DNA of 64,000 nt, taken from NCBI GenBank assembly GCA_028705495.1, contig JAQWDK010000001.1:159228-223227 (forward strand). Direction: 5' to 3'. Below the pieces are notes generated by a model. The model did not search any database and was not told where the DNA came from. It saw nothing but the letters and a program-made list of their open reading frames with translations. Numbering within the stretch: position 1 is the first letter of the stretch; every line of letters begins with the position of its first letter. Shown here one piece after another: positions 47,314 through 56,627 of the stretch. The position numbers and the translations under genes were made by a program. The stretch is from Eubacteriales bacterium (GTDB lineage: Bacteria; Bacillota; Clostridia; Oscillospirales; CAG-382).

Positions 47314-47649
47314 ATGAAATATGTAGTTAAAATTCGTAAAACTTATACAAATCGTGGTGCGTTGAAGGCTATTGCCAGCGTTACCATAGACGAAGCTTAT
47401 GTCGTTCACGGTGTAAAGGTTATTGAAACCGATAAGGGTAGATTTATAGCTATGCCGGGTGAAGCCCAGAAAGATAAGGATGGCAAAGCTACTCGCCGTG
47501 ATGTGTTCCATCCCATAAATGCAAAGGCACGTGGAAAGCTCGAAGCTGTCGTACTCAAAGCCTACGATGAGGAAATCAACAAGGCAAATACTGAGCCTGC
47601 CGAAACCGAAGCAACCCCCGTATCCCCCGAAACATCCGAAAACAACTAA
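47314..47649 (+). CDS. spoVG: SpoVG-family protein
   Basis: LKAIASVTIDEAYVVHGVKVIETDKGRFIAMP and DVFHPINAKAR match SpoVG. A Pro/Glu/Thr-rich tail follows. Confidence 0.8.
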   Translation: MKYVVKIRKTYTNRGALKAIASVTIDEAYVVHGVKVIETDKGRFIAMPGEAQKDKDGKATRRDVFHPINAKARGKLEAVVLKAYDEEINKANTEPAETEATPVSPETSENN

Positions 47650-47675
47650 TAAAAGAAAAAATGAGGTAATTCAAT

Positions 47676-47909
47676 ATGAAGAAGTTTTTCAAGAAAATTG
47701 CAAAAAAGTTCAACAATGCAGCTATCGCTGTTCAGTCCACAGTTTCCAACATCAAAGCAGAAGGCTATGTAGATTCTGGTGTAAAAATCCTTATCGCCGT
47801 AGTCATTGGTGCTTTGCTCCTCGGTGGTCTTTATGTTCTGTTCAATACAACTATCATACCAACTGTGACTTCTAAGATCACTGGTCTTTTTAGCTACACC
47901 GGTAAGTAA
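47676..47909 (+). CDS. Candidate major pilin (class III-type leader, hydrophobic core)
   Basis: A 77-aa protein. The basic leader ends ...NIKAEGYVDSG and is followed by the hydrophobic helix VKILIAVVIGALLLGGLYVLF. It shares the EGY motif with the two minor-pilin-like ORFs. Confidence 0.4.
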   Translation: MKKFFKKIAKKFNNAAIAVQSTVSNIKAEGYVDSGVKILIAVVIGALLLGGLYVLFNTTIIPTVTSKITGLFSYTGK

Positions 47910-47986
47910 TCTGATTCCAAATCGACCTAATGGGCAGGATGTCTAATCATCTTGCCCCAAATTCTATATTACAGGAGGCAATCGCA

Positions 47987-48955
47987 ATGAGCGACTTATC
48001 ACAACTTATTATTGACGAAGAATTTGAAAGAGTCATTCCTCCCCTTGAAGACGATGAATTCAAACAACTGAGAAACAATATCTTGCAGGATGGTGAGGTA
48101 TATCATCCCATTACGGTCTGGAACAACATTATTGTGGACGGACATCACCGCTACAAGATATTAAAGGAGCATCCGGAAATAAGCTTTCGAATTTGTGAAA
48201 AACACTTTGAAAATCGTTTTGAAGCAGTTTCTTGGATATGCTTAAATCAACTCGGTCGCAGAAACCTTTCAAACATACAAAAGGTCGCTCTTATGGGGCG
48301 TAGATTTCGTTCTGAAAAAGAATCGCACGGTGCAAGTGACGGGTTCAGAGGGAATAAATTTACGGCATCTTTAGTAACGCATCAAAATGATGCGTTACCA
48401 GAGGATAGCCATATAACAGCAAACAGAATAGCTTTTGAAATGGGGGTTGCGAGACCAACAGTTGAGCGAGCTGAAAAATTTGTTGACGGTTTAGATGCAG
48501 CTGAAGAAGTTTGTCCTGGTATAACAAGAGAAATTATGTCCGGTAAAATTAACCCAAGGCAATCCGATGTGGCAGCTATCGCTAAGGTACCGATTGAAAA
48601 GCGAATAGAACTTGCAGAAAGTTTACGTGCTTATGACAGGAAACTTTCAGATGATCAAAAAAAAGAAAGAAAACAAAAGATGGAGTTAAAACGTTCGATC
48701 GAAAAACTCGATGCAATGCACACGAACCCCAACAACCCAAAGGTTTCTGCAGAAAGTATGCTGAACAGCTTACGATCCGATGTTACAAGAGCAACACAAA
48801 CAATGGAATTCTACTTTCGTGAGTTTCCTGAAATACTTACAGAACAACAATATAGAAGCGAGGTGCAAAATGCACTCAATATAATGAAAGATTATATTAA
48901 AAACTTGGAGGAACAATTATATGCTAAACACTTTATATCGAATGCAGGAAATTAA
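47987..48955 (+). CDS. ParB N-terminal (sulfiredoxin-fold) domain protein
   Basis: YHPITVWNNIIVDGHHRYKILKEH. ATG 47987 follows AGGAGG. Confidence 0.7.
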   Translation: MSDLSQLIIDEEFERVIPPLEDDEFKQLRNNILQDGEVYHPITVWNNIIVDGHHRYKILKEHPEISFRICEKHFENRFEAVSWICLNQLGRRNLSNIQKVALMGRRFRSEKESHGASDGFRGNKFTASLVTHQNDALPEDSHITANRIAFEMGVARPTVERAEKFVDGLDAAEEVCPGITREIMSGKINPRQSDVAAIAKVPIEKRIELAESLRAYDRKLSDDQKKERKQKMELKRSIEKLDAMHTNPNNPKVSAESMLNSLRSDVTRATQTMEFYFREFPEILTEQQYRSEVQNALNIMKDYIKNLEEQLYAKHFISNAGN

Positions 48956-49676
48956 TAGCACAGAATTAAATGTTGACCGGGATCTATACCAAAGAAAGAA
49001 GCACATGGACAAGGTATCACGTATCGTTTCTGTATGGGACGAGCGAATTGCTAATGAACCAAAGGTTAGTTACCGCAACGGAAAATTCCATGTGTTCGAT
49101 GGTCAACATACCATTCTCGCTCGTGAAGCACTCAACAATGATAAGCCGGTAGATATTCTTTGTAAAGTTTATACCGGACTTTCTGCACATGATGAAGCAT
49201 TGCTCTTTGCACTACAAATGGGTATATCTTCAAAGCCGAGTTCTGGTGAACGACTTCGTGCAAATATTTTCGGTGAAGAAGCCGAAGCAATTGCATTTTG
49301 TAAGGCAACAACAATTGCCGGTTTGAATATTGATTTGAGGGGTGTCAGACATAAGGGACACCTCGGCTGTGTAAGTACCGCTTTAAAAGCATACAGAGCA
49401 CTTGGCGAAGAACAGTATATTAAAGCAATGCAAATCATTTTTGATGCATGGGGTGGAAAATCTGATTCATTGCGCTTCGAAATCGTAAAAGCGGTAACAG
49501 AGTTTGTCGAGCTAACCGGAGACGATTTTGAGCGAGATAAGCTTGTAAAGAAGCTGAGTGCTATAAGCCCGATGACAATCCGTGATAAAATCAATTCAGA
49601 TACCGAAACACCTTCAAATAAAAAATACGCCTATCAGATTATGAAGGTACTAAGAGGAAGAAGTAAGGCGGCATAA
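48921..49676 (+). CDS. ParB/Srx-fold protein with DGQHT motif
   Basis: NGKFHVFDGQHTILAREAL resembles the DGQHR/DndB-ParB-like motif. It overlaps the upstream gene. Confidence 0.5.
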   Translation: MLNTLYRMQEINSTELNVDRDLYQRKKHMDKVSRIVSVWDERIANEPKVSYRNGKFHVFDGQHTILAREALNNDKPVDILCKVYTGLSAHDEALLFALQMGISSKPSSGERLRANIFGEEAEAIAFCKATTIAGLNIDLRGVRHKGHLGCVSTALKAYRALGEEQYIKAMQIIFDAWGGKSDSLRFEIVKAVTEFVELTGDDFERDKLVKKLSAISPMTIRDKINSDTETPSNKKYAYQIMKVLRGRSKAA

Positions 49677-49677
49677 G

Positions 49678-50325
49678 GTGGTGACGAATATGATGATCCG
49701 ACCTATAACTCCGTGGATATTAACCTCATCTGAGAACTTACAAACAGATTGGTGGATTATCCTTTTACTTATAATTGTATCAGGATTTGCGGCGATGTTT
49801 CTCGGCTTTGCAAGCTCTAAGAAGTTTTTTGATGATAAACGCAAGACAGGACTATTATTCACAGGAATTGCTGTATCAATGTCGATCATTTTAATCTGTT
49901 TTTTTGGATGTGCTATGAGTACAATTAAGGGTATCGTTTTATCCCTTATACTCTTAGTATCTTCCTATTCTGATATTAAACGCAGAGAGGTAGAAGATTA
50001 CCTTTCATTAATGGTTGTTCTCACAGCTTTCATAGGAATTGAAATCTCACAAATCCCATTCGCAATCCTGTCCGCTATTATTGTAAGTATCCCTACTATC
50101 TTAGTTTGCATTTTATGTGAAGGCAAAACTATAGGCGGTGCAGATATTAAACTAACAGCTGCTTGTGCTATGGTTATTGGAGTTTGGGGTGGATTAATAG
50201 GATTGATGATAGGATTAACGCTCAGCATTATCGTAAATCTGGTGATTCAGAATAAAGATAAAGAAGAAACATTTCCTCTTATACCTTACCTTGCTACCGG
50301 GTTTATGGTGGCATATTTCATTTAA
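49678..50325 (+). CDS. A24-family prepilin peptidase (TadV/CpaA-like)
   Basis: A polytopic protein with the two catalytic Asp contexts, SSYSDIKRREVEDY and GGADIKLTAAC. Confidence 0.75.
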   Translation: MVTNMMIRPITPWILTSSENLQTDWWIILLLIIVSGFAAMFLGFASSKKFFDDKRKTGLLFTGIAVSMSIILICFFGCAMSTIKGIVLSLILLVSSYSDIKRREVEDYLSLMVVLTAFIGIEISQIPFAILSAIIVSIPTILVCILCEGKTIGGADIKLTAACAMVIGVWGGLIGLMIGLTLSIIVNLVIQNKDKEETFPLIPYLATGFMVAYFI

Positions 50326-50340
50326 GGAGAAAAAACCAAA

Positions 50341-51066
50341 GTGAAAAACAGAACAATAATCGGCATTATATGTATGGCTTTTGCCATTGCAATCACTTTC
50401 CTTGTTGCTCCGCTTGTAACTCGAATGGCGAGTGATAGCATTACGGTGTTGTGTGTTGCAGAAGATTTGAAACAGGGCGTGCAGATTACAGAGGTTGACA
50501 TTACCGCCGTTGAAGCAAAAAAGGGAAGCACGCCAGAAGGTGCAATTACAGAAAAAGCACAGATTATCGGCAGATACGCAACCTCCAATCTTTTTGCGGG
50601 TGACTTCTATACAGCATCTAAGCTGAAGAACGAAGCAAATACTGCTTCTGATGTATTTGCTTTACTTGATGGTTCGCAAGTTGCTATCAGCTTTACAATC
50701 GGAAACTTCGCCGCAGGCCTTTCGGGCAAGTTAGAAAACGGCGATATTATTAGTATTATCATAACCGAAAAGGGCAATGACAAGACTTTTATCCCTGAAT
50801 TACTTAAGTATGTAAGAGTAATTACTACAACAACTAGTGGCGGTATTGATAAGGAATCGGTGGTTTTCAATGACGACGGAACTTATGACCTTCCCACAAC
50901 CGTAACAGTTCTTGTAACACCCGAACAGGCACAAGTTATTGCCTGTTATGAAGATAGTACTAAGATGCAAACCGCTCTTGTTTATCGTGGAGATAAGGAG
51001 AAAGCTCAGAAGTTCCTTGATAAGCAAACTGAATACTTATTGAAAGGAGAAACTACCAGTGAATAA
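50341..51066 (+). CDS. CpaB/RcpC-like Flp pilus assembly protein (SAF domain)
   Basis: An N-terminal TM, then ITVLCVAEDLKQGVQITEVDI, a SAF-like segment. Confidence 0.65.
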   Translation: MKNRTIIGIICMAFAIAITFLVAPLVTRMASDSITVLCVAEDLKQGVQITEVDITAVEAKKGSTPEGAITEKAQIIGRYATSNLFAGDFYTASKLKNEANTASDVFALLDGSQVAISFTIGNFAAGLSGKLENGDIISIIITEKGNDKTFIPELLKYVRVITTTTSGGIDKESVVFNDDGTYDLPTTVTVLVTPEQAQVIACYEDSTKMQTALVYRGDKEKAQKFLDKQTEYLLKGETTSE

Positions 51067-51772
51067 AATGATTGCTGTTTGCGGCTCTCCAAATAGCGGA
51101 AAGACATCTATTGCATTAAAACTTGCTCAGGAGATCTACTACTCTGAGCAGAAACCAGTGTTATTCGTTTCTCCCGACATTACAACACCTTCAATGGGGC
51201 TTCTATTTCCCAATAGTAAAGAATCGGATTTGTATTCTATGGGTGTGGCACTAGATAAAACTGACATTTACCGTGAAGATGTTTTGAAACAGTCTGTTAC
51301 TGTAAAGACGATGAAAAACTTCGCATTGATGGGATATAAGCTGACGGAAAACGAGTACAGCTATCCGAAGCCTACCGAAGATAAAGTTAAAGAATTTATA
51401 AGAGCTATGAGAGAAATTGCGGAATATATCGTGGTGGACTGCACCTGTGATAAAAATGATCTTGTTTCTACTATGTCTATGTCTGCTTCTGATACGCTTA
51501 TTCAGCTTGTAACTCCCGATATTAAGTGCCTGACATATTATTCTTCGCAGACTGTCCCAATACACGATAACAAAGTACTTGTTATGAATATCAGGGACAA
51601 TGACTTGTATCTCCCTACCGAAGAAGTTAAGTCGCATTTTAAAGAGGTCAAGTTCGTTCTTCCATACAGTCGACCTCTTAAACAGCAAGGCATTACCGGT
51701 TCGCTTTTGAAAAGACTTTCTGATGGTAAATTTTACGCAAAGCTTTTAGAACTTGCCGAGGTGGTTATTTGA
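51059..51772 (+). CDS. ParA/MinD-like ATPase (TadZ/CpaE-like)
   Basis: P-loop MIAVCGSPNSGKTSIALKLA, positioned before the CpaF-type ATPase. Confidence 0.6.
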   Translation: MNKMIAVCGSPNSGKTSIALKLAQEIYYSEQKPVLFVSPDITTPSMGLLFPNSKESDLYSMGVALDKTDIYREDVLKQSVTVKTMKNFALMGYKLTENEYSYPKPTEDKVKEFIRAMREIAEYIVVDCTCDKNDLVSTMSMSASDTLIQLVTPDIKCLTYYSSQTVPIHDNKVLVMNIRDNDLYLPTEEVKSHFKEVKFVLPYSRPLKQQGITGSLLKRLSDGKFYAKLLELAEVVI

Positions 51773-53097
51773 TGGAAACAAACGACAAAATAATCTCTGT
51801 TCTATTGTCTGTACAAGAATATATTTCCCGAAACTATGCGGCATCACTCACCGATCCAAGCAAGTTTAAGCAAATCAAGCCATATATCGAAAAGTTCCTT
51901 CGAGATCATTCTTTGTCGGTCAGCGGTATGACGAATAAACAGCTTGTAGATAAGCTTTATAGCGAAATGGCGGAATACTCTGTGCTGACACAGTATCTCG
52001 GACGTGATGAGCTTGAAGAAATCAATGTAAACGGCTGGAACGACATTGCTATCACTTACATAGATGGTCACATAGAAAAAGCAGCAGAGCATTTTTATTC
52101 TCCGCAACACGCTGTAGATATTGTAAAGCGACTTTTGCATCATTCGGGAATGATTATCGACAACGCAACCCCAATGTCACAGGGACATTTGCCGGGCAAC
52201 ACACGTATTACAGCGCTGAAAGAACCAATTGTTGACGAAGAAAGAGGTATAAGCGTTTCTATTCGTCTTTTGCATCCAAGCAGAGTAAACCGTGCCGAAC
52301 TTGTAAAAGGAAGTAACGCAACACAAAAAATGATTGATTTTCTCTGTATGTGTATGAGGTATGGTGTTTCTTTCGTTGTGGCGGGTGCTACTTCTTCGGG
52401 GAAGACAACACTCTTAAACGCCCTTTTAACTTCTGTCCCCGACAACAAGCGTATCTTCACCATCGAAAGTGGATCAAGAGAACTTTCGCTTGTGCGAGTA
52501 ATGGATGGAAAAGTTACGAACAATGTGGTTCATACACTATCTCGTCCTTCAGATAACCTTGCCTATGACATTTCACAAGAGGACTTAGTGGTGGCATCTT
52601 TACGTTTTAACCCTGATATTGTATGCGTGGGTGAAATGAGAGATGTTGAAGCCTATTCAGCAGTAGAAGCAAGTCTTACCGGACACACGGTTGTGTCAAC
52701 GATTCACGCATATGCAGCAGAGTCAGCTCATATGAGATTGGCACTGCTTTGTCAAAAGCGGTTTCCCATTAACTTTGATACATCCCTTATGCAGGCAGGA
52801 CAGGCATTTCCCATCGTTGTCTATGTACATAAGTTGGAAGATAACACACGAAAGATTATGGATATTTCTGAGTGTATTATATCGGACGGCGGTAAAAAGC
52901 AGTATCGAACTCTATTCCGTTATAAAATAACCGAAAATAAAATTGAAGAAGATCACATTAAAATTGTCGGACACTTTGAACAGCTTGAAATTATAAGTGA
53001 TGGACTAAAACAAAAGCTTATGCAATCAGGGGTACCGCAGAGTACGCTTAATAAATTTCTTACGAAAGGAGTTGATTACGATTGCTCTTTTCAATAA
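51769..53097 (+). CDS. cpaF: CpaF/TadA-type secretion ATPase
   Basis: Walker A AGATSSGKTTLLNAL, VGEMRDVEA, and His box GHTVVSTIHA. Confidence 0.9.
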   Translation: MMETNDKIISVLLSVQEYISRNYAASLTDPSKFKQIKPYIEKFLRDHSLSVSGMTNKQLVDKLYSEMAEYSVLTQYLGRDELEEINVNGWNDIAITYIDGHIEKAAEHFYSPQHAVDIVKRLLHHSGMIIDNATPMSQGHLPGNTRITALKEPIVDEERGISVSIRLLHPSRVNRAELVKGSNATQKMIDFLCMCMRYGVSFVVAGATSSGKTTLLNALLTSVPDNKRIFTIESGSRELSLVRVMDGKVTNNVVHTLSRPSDNLAYDISQEDLVVASLRFNPDIVCVGEMRDVEAYSAVEASLTGHTVVSTIHAYAAESAHMRLALLCQKRFPINFDTSLMQAGQAFPIVVYVHKLEDNTRKIMDISECIISDGGKKQYRTLFRYKITENKIEEDHIKIVGHFEQLEIISDGLKQKLMQSGVPQSTLNKFLTKGVDYDCSFQ

Positions 53098-54005
53098 TTT
53101 CTTCGGTATTGCTTATCATAAGCATTGCGTTTCTTTTCGGTCTTACTTCTGAAAGAATTACTGACGATATGATGGCGGTACTCAAACCTAATGACACACT
53201 TAAAAATAAAACCAAAAACCTTCGTGAGAAAAAGAAAAAGCACTCCCTGTACAGAGCACTTGTCAGATTGAGAACAGCACTTAGTGTTACGGGAAAATCA
53301 AGGCAATTTATAATTGTCTTCTGTGCTTCTATTGGTTTTTTTGTAGCAGGTGTTTTGATTTCGATTCTCTTAAACAATATCTATCTTATGCCGGCGTTGT
53401 CAGTGGCTTTTGCACTTCTTCCATTCTTCTATACCACAAACACGTTTTCGTATTATGAGAATTATATCAAAGAGGAGCTTGAAACAACGCTGTCTATTAT
53501 AACTACTTCCTATGTTCGCAGTGATGATATACTGACTGCGGTAAAAGAAAATCTGCAATATATCCATCCTCCCCTGAACGATGCATTCCGTTCCTTTTTA
53601 GGTGAAGCGACTATTGTATCTTCTAATACCAAACAGGCACTTAATAATTTGAAAGACAAAGTGGATGATGAAATCTTTGTAGAATGGTGCGAAACACTTA
53701 TTCAATGCCAAGATGACCGAACTCTGAAAGATACTCTGCAATCGATTGTTGTGAAGCTTACCGATGTTCGTCTTATCAACAGTGAACTAAAAACAATGCT
53801 TTCATCTGCAAGGAGCGAGTATTGGGTTATGGTGGCTCTTGTTGTCGGCAACATTCCGCTTCTATACCTTTTGAACAAGGAATGGTATCAGACACTTATG
53901 TACACCACACATGGCAAGATAGTGCTTGGCATCTGTGGCTTAGTAATTCTTGTAACGGCTCTGTTTATGATGAAATTCACAAAGCCGATAAACTATAAAA
54001 GATAG
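53082..54005 (+). CDS. TadB-like platform protein (T2SS-F family)
   Basis: An N-terminal TM, a central soluble helical region and C-terminal TMs. It follows the ATPase and overlaps its stop. Confidence 0.6.
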   Translation: MLFSIISSVLLIISIAFLFGLTSERITDDMMAVLKPNDTLKNKTKNLREKKKKHSLYRALVRLRTALSVTGKSRQFIIVFCASIGFFVAGVLISILLNNIYLMPALSVAFALLPFFYTTNTFSYYENYIKEELETTLSIITTSYVRSDDILTAVKENLQYIHPPLNDAFRSFLGEATIVSSNTKQALNNLKDKVDDEIFVEWCETLIQCQDDRTLKDTLQSIVVKLTDVRLINSELKTMLSSARSEYWVMVALVVGNIPLLYLLNKEWYQTLMYTTHGKIVLGICGLVILVTALFMMKFTKPINYKR

Positions 54006-54019
54006 GAGGTGCTTTTAAT

Positions 54020-54889
54020 TTGTTACAGGCAATAATCGGTGTGCTTTGCGGTATTGGGCTGTTCTTTGTCATTTTAGATTTGAAGCATATTCCTTATGTT
54101 AAGACTTCAAAGGCTGTGAAAAACATTTCAAAGAAAAATAAAGACAAAACAAGCTCCCTTGATATTTGGCTCAAAGGCATTGCCACTGGGCTGTCCAAAA
54201 AGATCAAGCTTAACGAATTCAAACGTTCTCAGCTTGAAAGCGACTTGAAAACCGCACAAATGGACATTACCCCTGAAATGTTCAAAGCAAATGCGGTTGT
54301 AAAAGCCGGTATCATCGGTATTCTTGCTATCCCCGTAGCATATATATTCCCGCTATTTTGTCCGGTGGTTCTCTTTATGGCAGTATTCCTTTATTCCCAT
54401 GAATCTAAGAGCGTGAGTATGCGTATAAAGGATAAGCGAAGAAAGATAGAGTATGAATTGTTGAGATTAGCGTTCAATGTTGAAAAGACACTCAAACACA
54501 ACCGTGATGTGCTCTATATGCTCGAAAATTATTCTAAACACGCAGGTGCTGAGATGAAGTCCGAGCTTGAAATTGCCATTGCAGATATGAAGTCCGGCAA
54601 CTACGAAGCCGCACTAACACGGCTTGAAAGCCGTGTGGGTTCGGCCCTTATGAGTGATGTCTGCCGTGGTCTTATCGGTATTCTCCGTGGCGATAATACT
54701 GAAATGTATTGGGCGTCTCTTATTATAAAGTTCAAAGATATTCAAAGACAACAGCTTCGCTTAGAAGCACAAAAAATGCCGAGAAAAGTTAAACGACTTT
54801 CAATGTGCTTGCTTGTTAGCTTTATGCTTATCTATGTAGTCGTCATCATCACTCAAATTATGAGTTCTGTCGGTGTACTTTTCGCCTAA
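54020..54889 (+). CDS. TadC-like platform protein (T2SS-F family)
   Basis: Same topology as the previous gene; the two form a paired TadB/TadC arrangement. Confidence 0.6.
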   Translation: MLQAIIGVLCGIGLFFVILDLKHIPYVKTSKAVKNISKKNKDKTSSLDIWLKGIATGLSKKIKLNEFKRSQLESDLKTAQMDITPEMFKANAVVKAGIIGILAIPVAYIFPLFCPVVLFMAVFLYSHESKSVSMRIKDKRRKIEYELLRLAFNVEKTLKHNRDVLYMLENYSKHAGAEMKSELEIAIADMKSGNYEAALTRLESRVGSALMSDVCRGLIGILRGDNTEMYWASLIIKFKDIQRQQLRLEAQKMPRKVKRLSMCLLVSFMLIYVVVIITQIMSSVGVLFA

Positions 54890-54902
54890 TTGGAGGTGCG
54901 TT

Positions 54903-55310
54903 ATGAATAGAATTTGGAATAAAAAAGGCGAAGGTTATATCGACACCTGTGTAATGGTGGTCGTGTTTGTCATGATATTGGTAGTTGCTATAAATATCTT
55001 TTCTTTTATCACACTGAAAGTAGATATGGATGAAATTGCTGACGAGTTAATTGAAACAGCGGCATTTACAGGCGAGTTCGGTGATAATTTTTGGAAACGA
55101 AATGAAGAATTGCAAGCTATGTATTTTTATTACGATGTAGATTATTCTGCAGAAGAATACTTTAACTCTGCACTTGAACGGGTTCAGCTTGGAGATACAA
55201 TGACAGTCACCATTATTATTGACACCTATATCAAAGGACTTGGTATTTTCAAAATACCTGTTACGCTCCAGGTAACAAAAACACAGATCTCGGAAAAGTA
55301 TTGGAAGTAA
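54903..55310 (+). CDS. Minor pilin / TadE-like protein
   Basis: MNRIWNKKGEGYIDTCVMVVVFVMILVVAINIF is a short basic leader, the EGY motif and a hydrophobic helix. ATG follows GGAGGTG. Confidence 0.5.
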   Translation: MNRIWNKKGEGYIDTCVMVVVFVMILVVAINIFSFITLKVDMDEIADELIETAAFTGEFGDNFWKRNEELQAMYFYYDVDYSAEEYFNSALERVQLGDTMTVTIIIDTYIKGLGIFKIPVTLQVTKTQISEKYWK

Positions 55311-55322
55311 AGGCGGTGCGTG

Positions 55323-55799
55323 ATGAATTTACTAAATAAAAAGGGCGAAGGCTATGTCTTTCCCTGTGTGATGATAGTCATTGTTTGCTTTATTCTTTCG
55401 GTACTAATTTATTTTATTTGTACCGTTTCGATGATACGAAATATAAAGGAAAACTGTAAGACTGTTTTTGACAGTTATATCACAAAGCAGTCCATTGAAA
55501 TTTATAACTCCGTGAAGCAAGGAAATGATGATATTTCCTACTTGGATCAGGAAGAATTCCTTACCGACTTTTGCAGATTTTGCACATTGGAAAGTAAAAG
55601 CGGACTATTATATAATTATGATAGTGAAAGAAATCTTAACTACTATATGACAACCCCGTATATCTCTTTTATTGAAGCAAGCTCATTAAAAATGAAAGTA
55701 ACTTTTACTTTATATGTGCCAATCCGCTTCAACGGCGCATGGATAACGACAGCTGTTATTCCGGTAGAAATAAAATCATCGTTTATGGAAAGGTACTAA
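55323..55799 (+). CDS. Minor pilin / TadE-like protein
   Basis: MNLLNKKGEGYVFPCVMIVIVCFILSVLIYF has the same leader architecture. Confidence 0.5.
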   Translation: MNLLNKKGEGYVFPCVMIVIVCFILSVLIYFICTVSMIRNIKENCKTVFDSYITKQSIEIYNSVKQGNDDISYLDQEEFLTDFCRFCTLESKSGLLYNYDSERNLNYYMTTPYISFIEASSLKMKVTFTLYVPIRFNGAWITTAVIPVEIKSSFMERY

Positions 55800-55810
55800 A
55801 GGAGGAACCA

Positions 55811-56548
55811 ATGAAATTATTAAAAAACAAAAATGTACTTATTGGCGGTAGCGTAACGTTACTTCTCGTAATTGCAATCGTTGTAGCGTGTATCTGTATT
55901 CCAAGTAAAGATACAGAACCTGCTGTTATTCTCGATGAAAGCACAAAACAAACTTCGGACACAATGGTAGGTATTACGGATACTTCTCAAATAACTAAGC
56001 CTGAATCCTCAGAAACCGAGAAAGACATTTCAGAAGTTTCTAACGGCGGTTCTATACTGACTCCAGATGAAAGCAAAGACGAAGCTTCTACACCCGATGA
56101 AACAAGGGGTGAAAAGGCAAAAGAGCCTGCAACTCCAGTTCAGGACAAAACGATTGACATTCCGGAACTCGAAGAATCATCAAGCGCAGTTGTTGTAATC
56201 GGTGACGGTGGCGAGGCAGAACCTTATGATTGCGGAGTTTCCGGACATCATTGCGACGGTCCTGAAACACACGCAAACATTCAAAACCTGGAACTTGAAG
56301 GGTGCCCGAATTGCGGTTCTCATTCCTGTCTAAGCTTCTATGCAACTGACGAATGGGGTAACACTTGCTATACACCGAGTAAGTGTCCGAGTTACAACAT
56401 AGAGAAAGATCCACTTCATTTTTGTCAAGCCTGTGGCAAAAAGAACGGTGATGGTACAAACGGAACTTGTTGTATCTTTGTTGTTGATACAACTTGTCCC
56501 CTTTGTGGTAAATCAGTAGAAGCTTGGTCTTGCCATACTTGCGACTAA
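55811..56548 (+). CDS. Membrane-anchored Cys-rich protein
   Basis: ATG follows AAAGGAGG. It has an N-terminal TM, an acidic/Ser-Thr-Pro linker and a C-terminal region with many CxxC pairs (CPNCGSHSC, CQACGKK, CPLCGK, CHTC). Confidence 0.55.
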   Translation: MKLLKNKNVLIGGSVTLLLVIAIVVACICIPSKDTEPAVILDESTKQTSDTMVGITDTSQITKPESSETEKDISEVSNGGSILTPDESKDEASTPDETRGEKAKEPATPVQDKTIDIPELEESSSAVVVIGDGGEAEPYDCGVSGHHCDGPETHANIQNLELEGCPNCGSHSCLSFYATDEWGNTCYTPSKCPSYNIEKDPLHFCQACGKKNGDGTNGTCCIFVVDTTCPLCGKSVEAWSCHTCD

Positions 56549-56627
56549 AATAGAATATCTCGCTAAGAAAGCTTGACTAAAATAGTTAAGTTTTCTTTTT
56601 GTAAAAAATTAGAGAAAGGATGCGTTT

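Noticed and set aside
47519-47875. A 118-aa track ORF overlapping the SpoVG tail and the pilin gene, and the 44331..44546 71-aa ORF.
   Set aside because: The first is out of frame with two better-supported genes and is rich in Arg/Ser/Cys/His from off-frame reading. The second has no RBS and sits in a terminator/promoter gap.
705-56492. Other long antisense track ORFs: 705..1079, 5163..5684, 6144..6524, 12042..12401, 42851..43225, 49169..49594, 51251..51688, 52140..52523 and 56088..56492.
   Set aside because: Each lies opposite a gene with strong motif support. None has recognisable motifs or translation signals.
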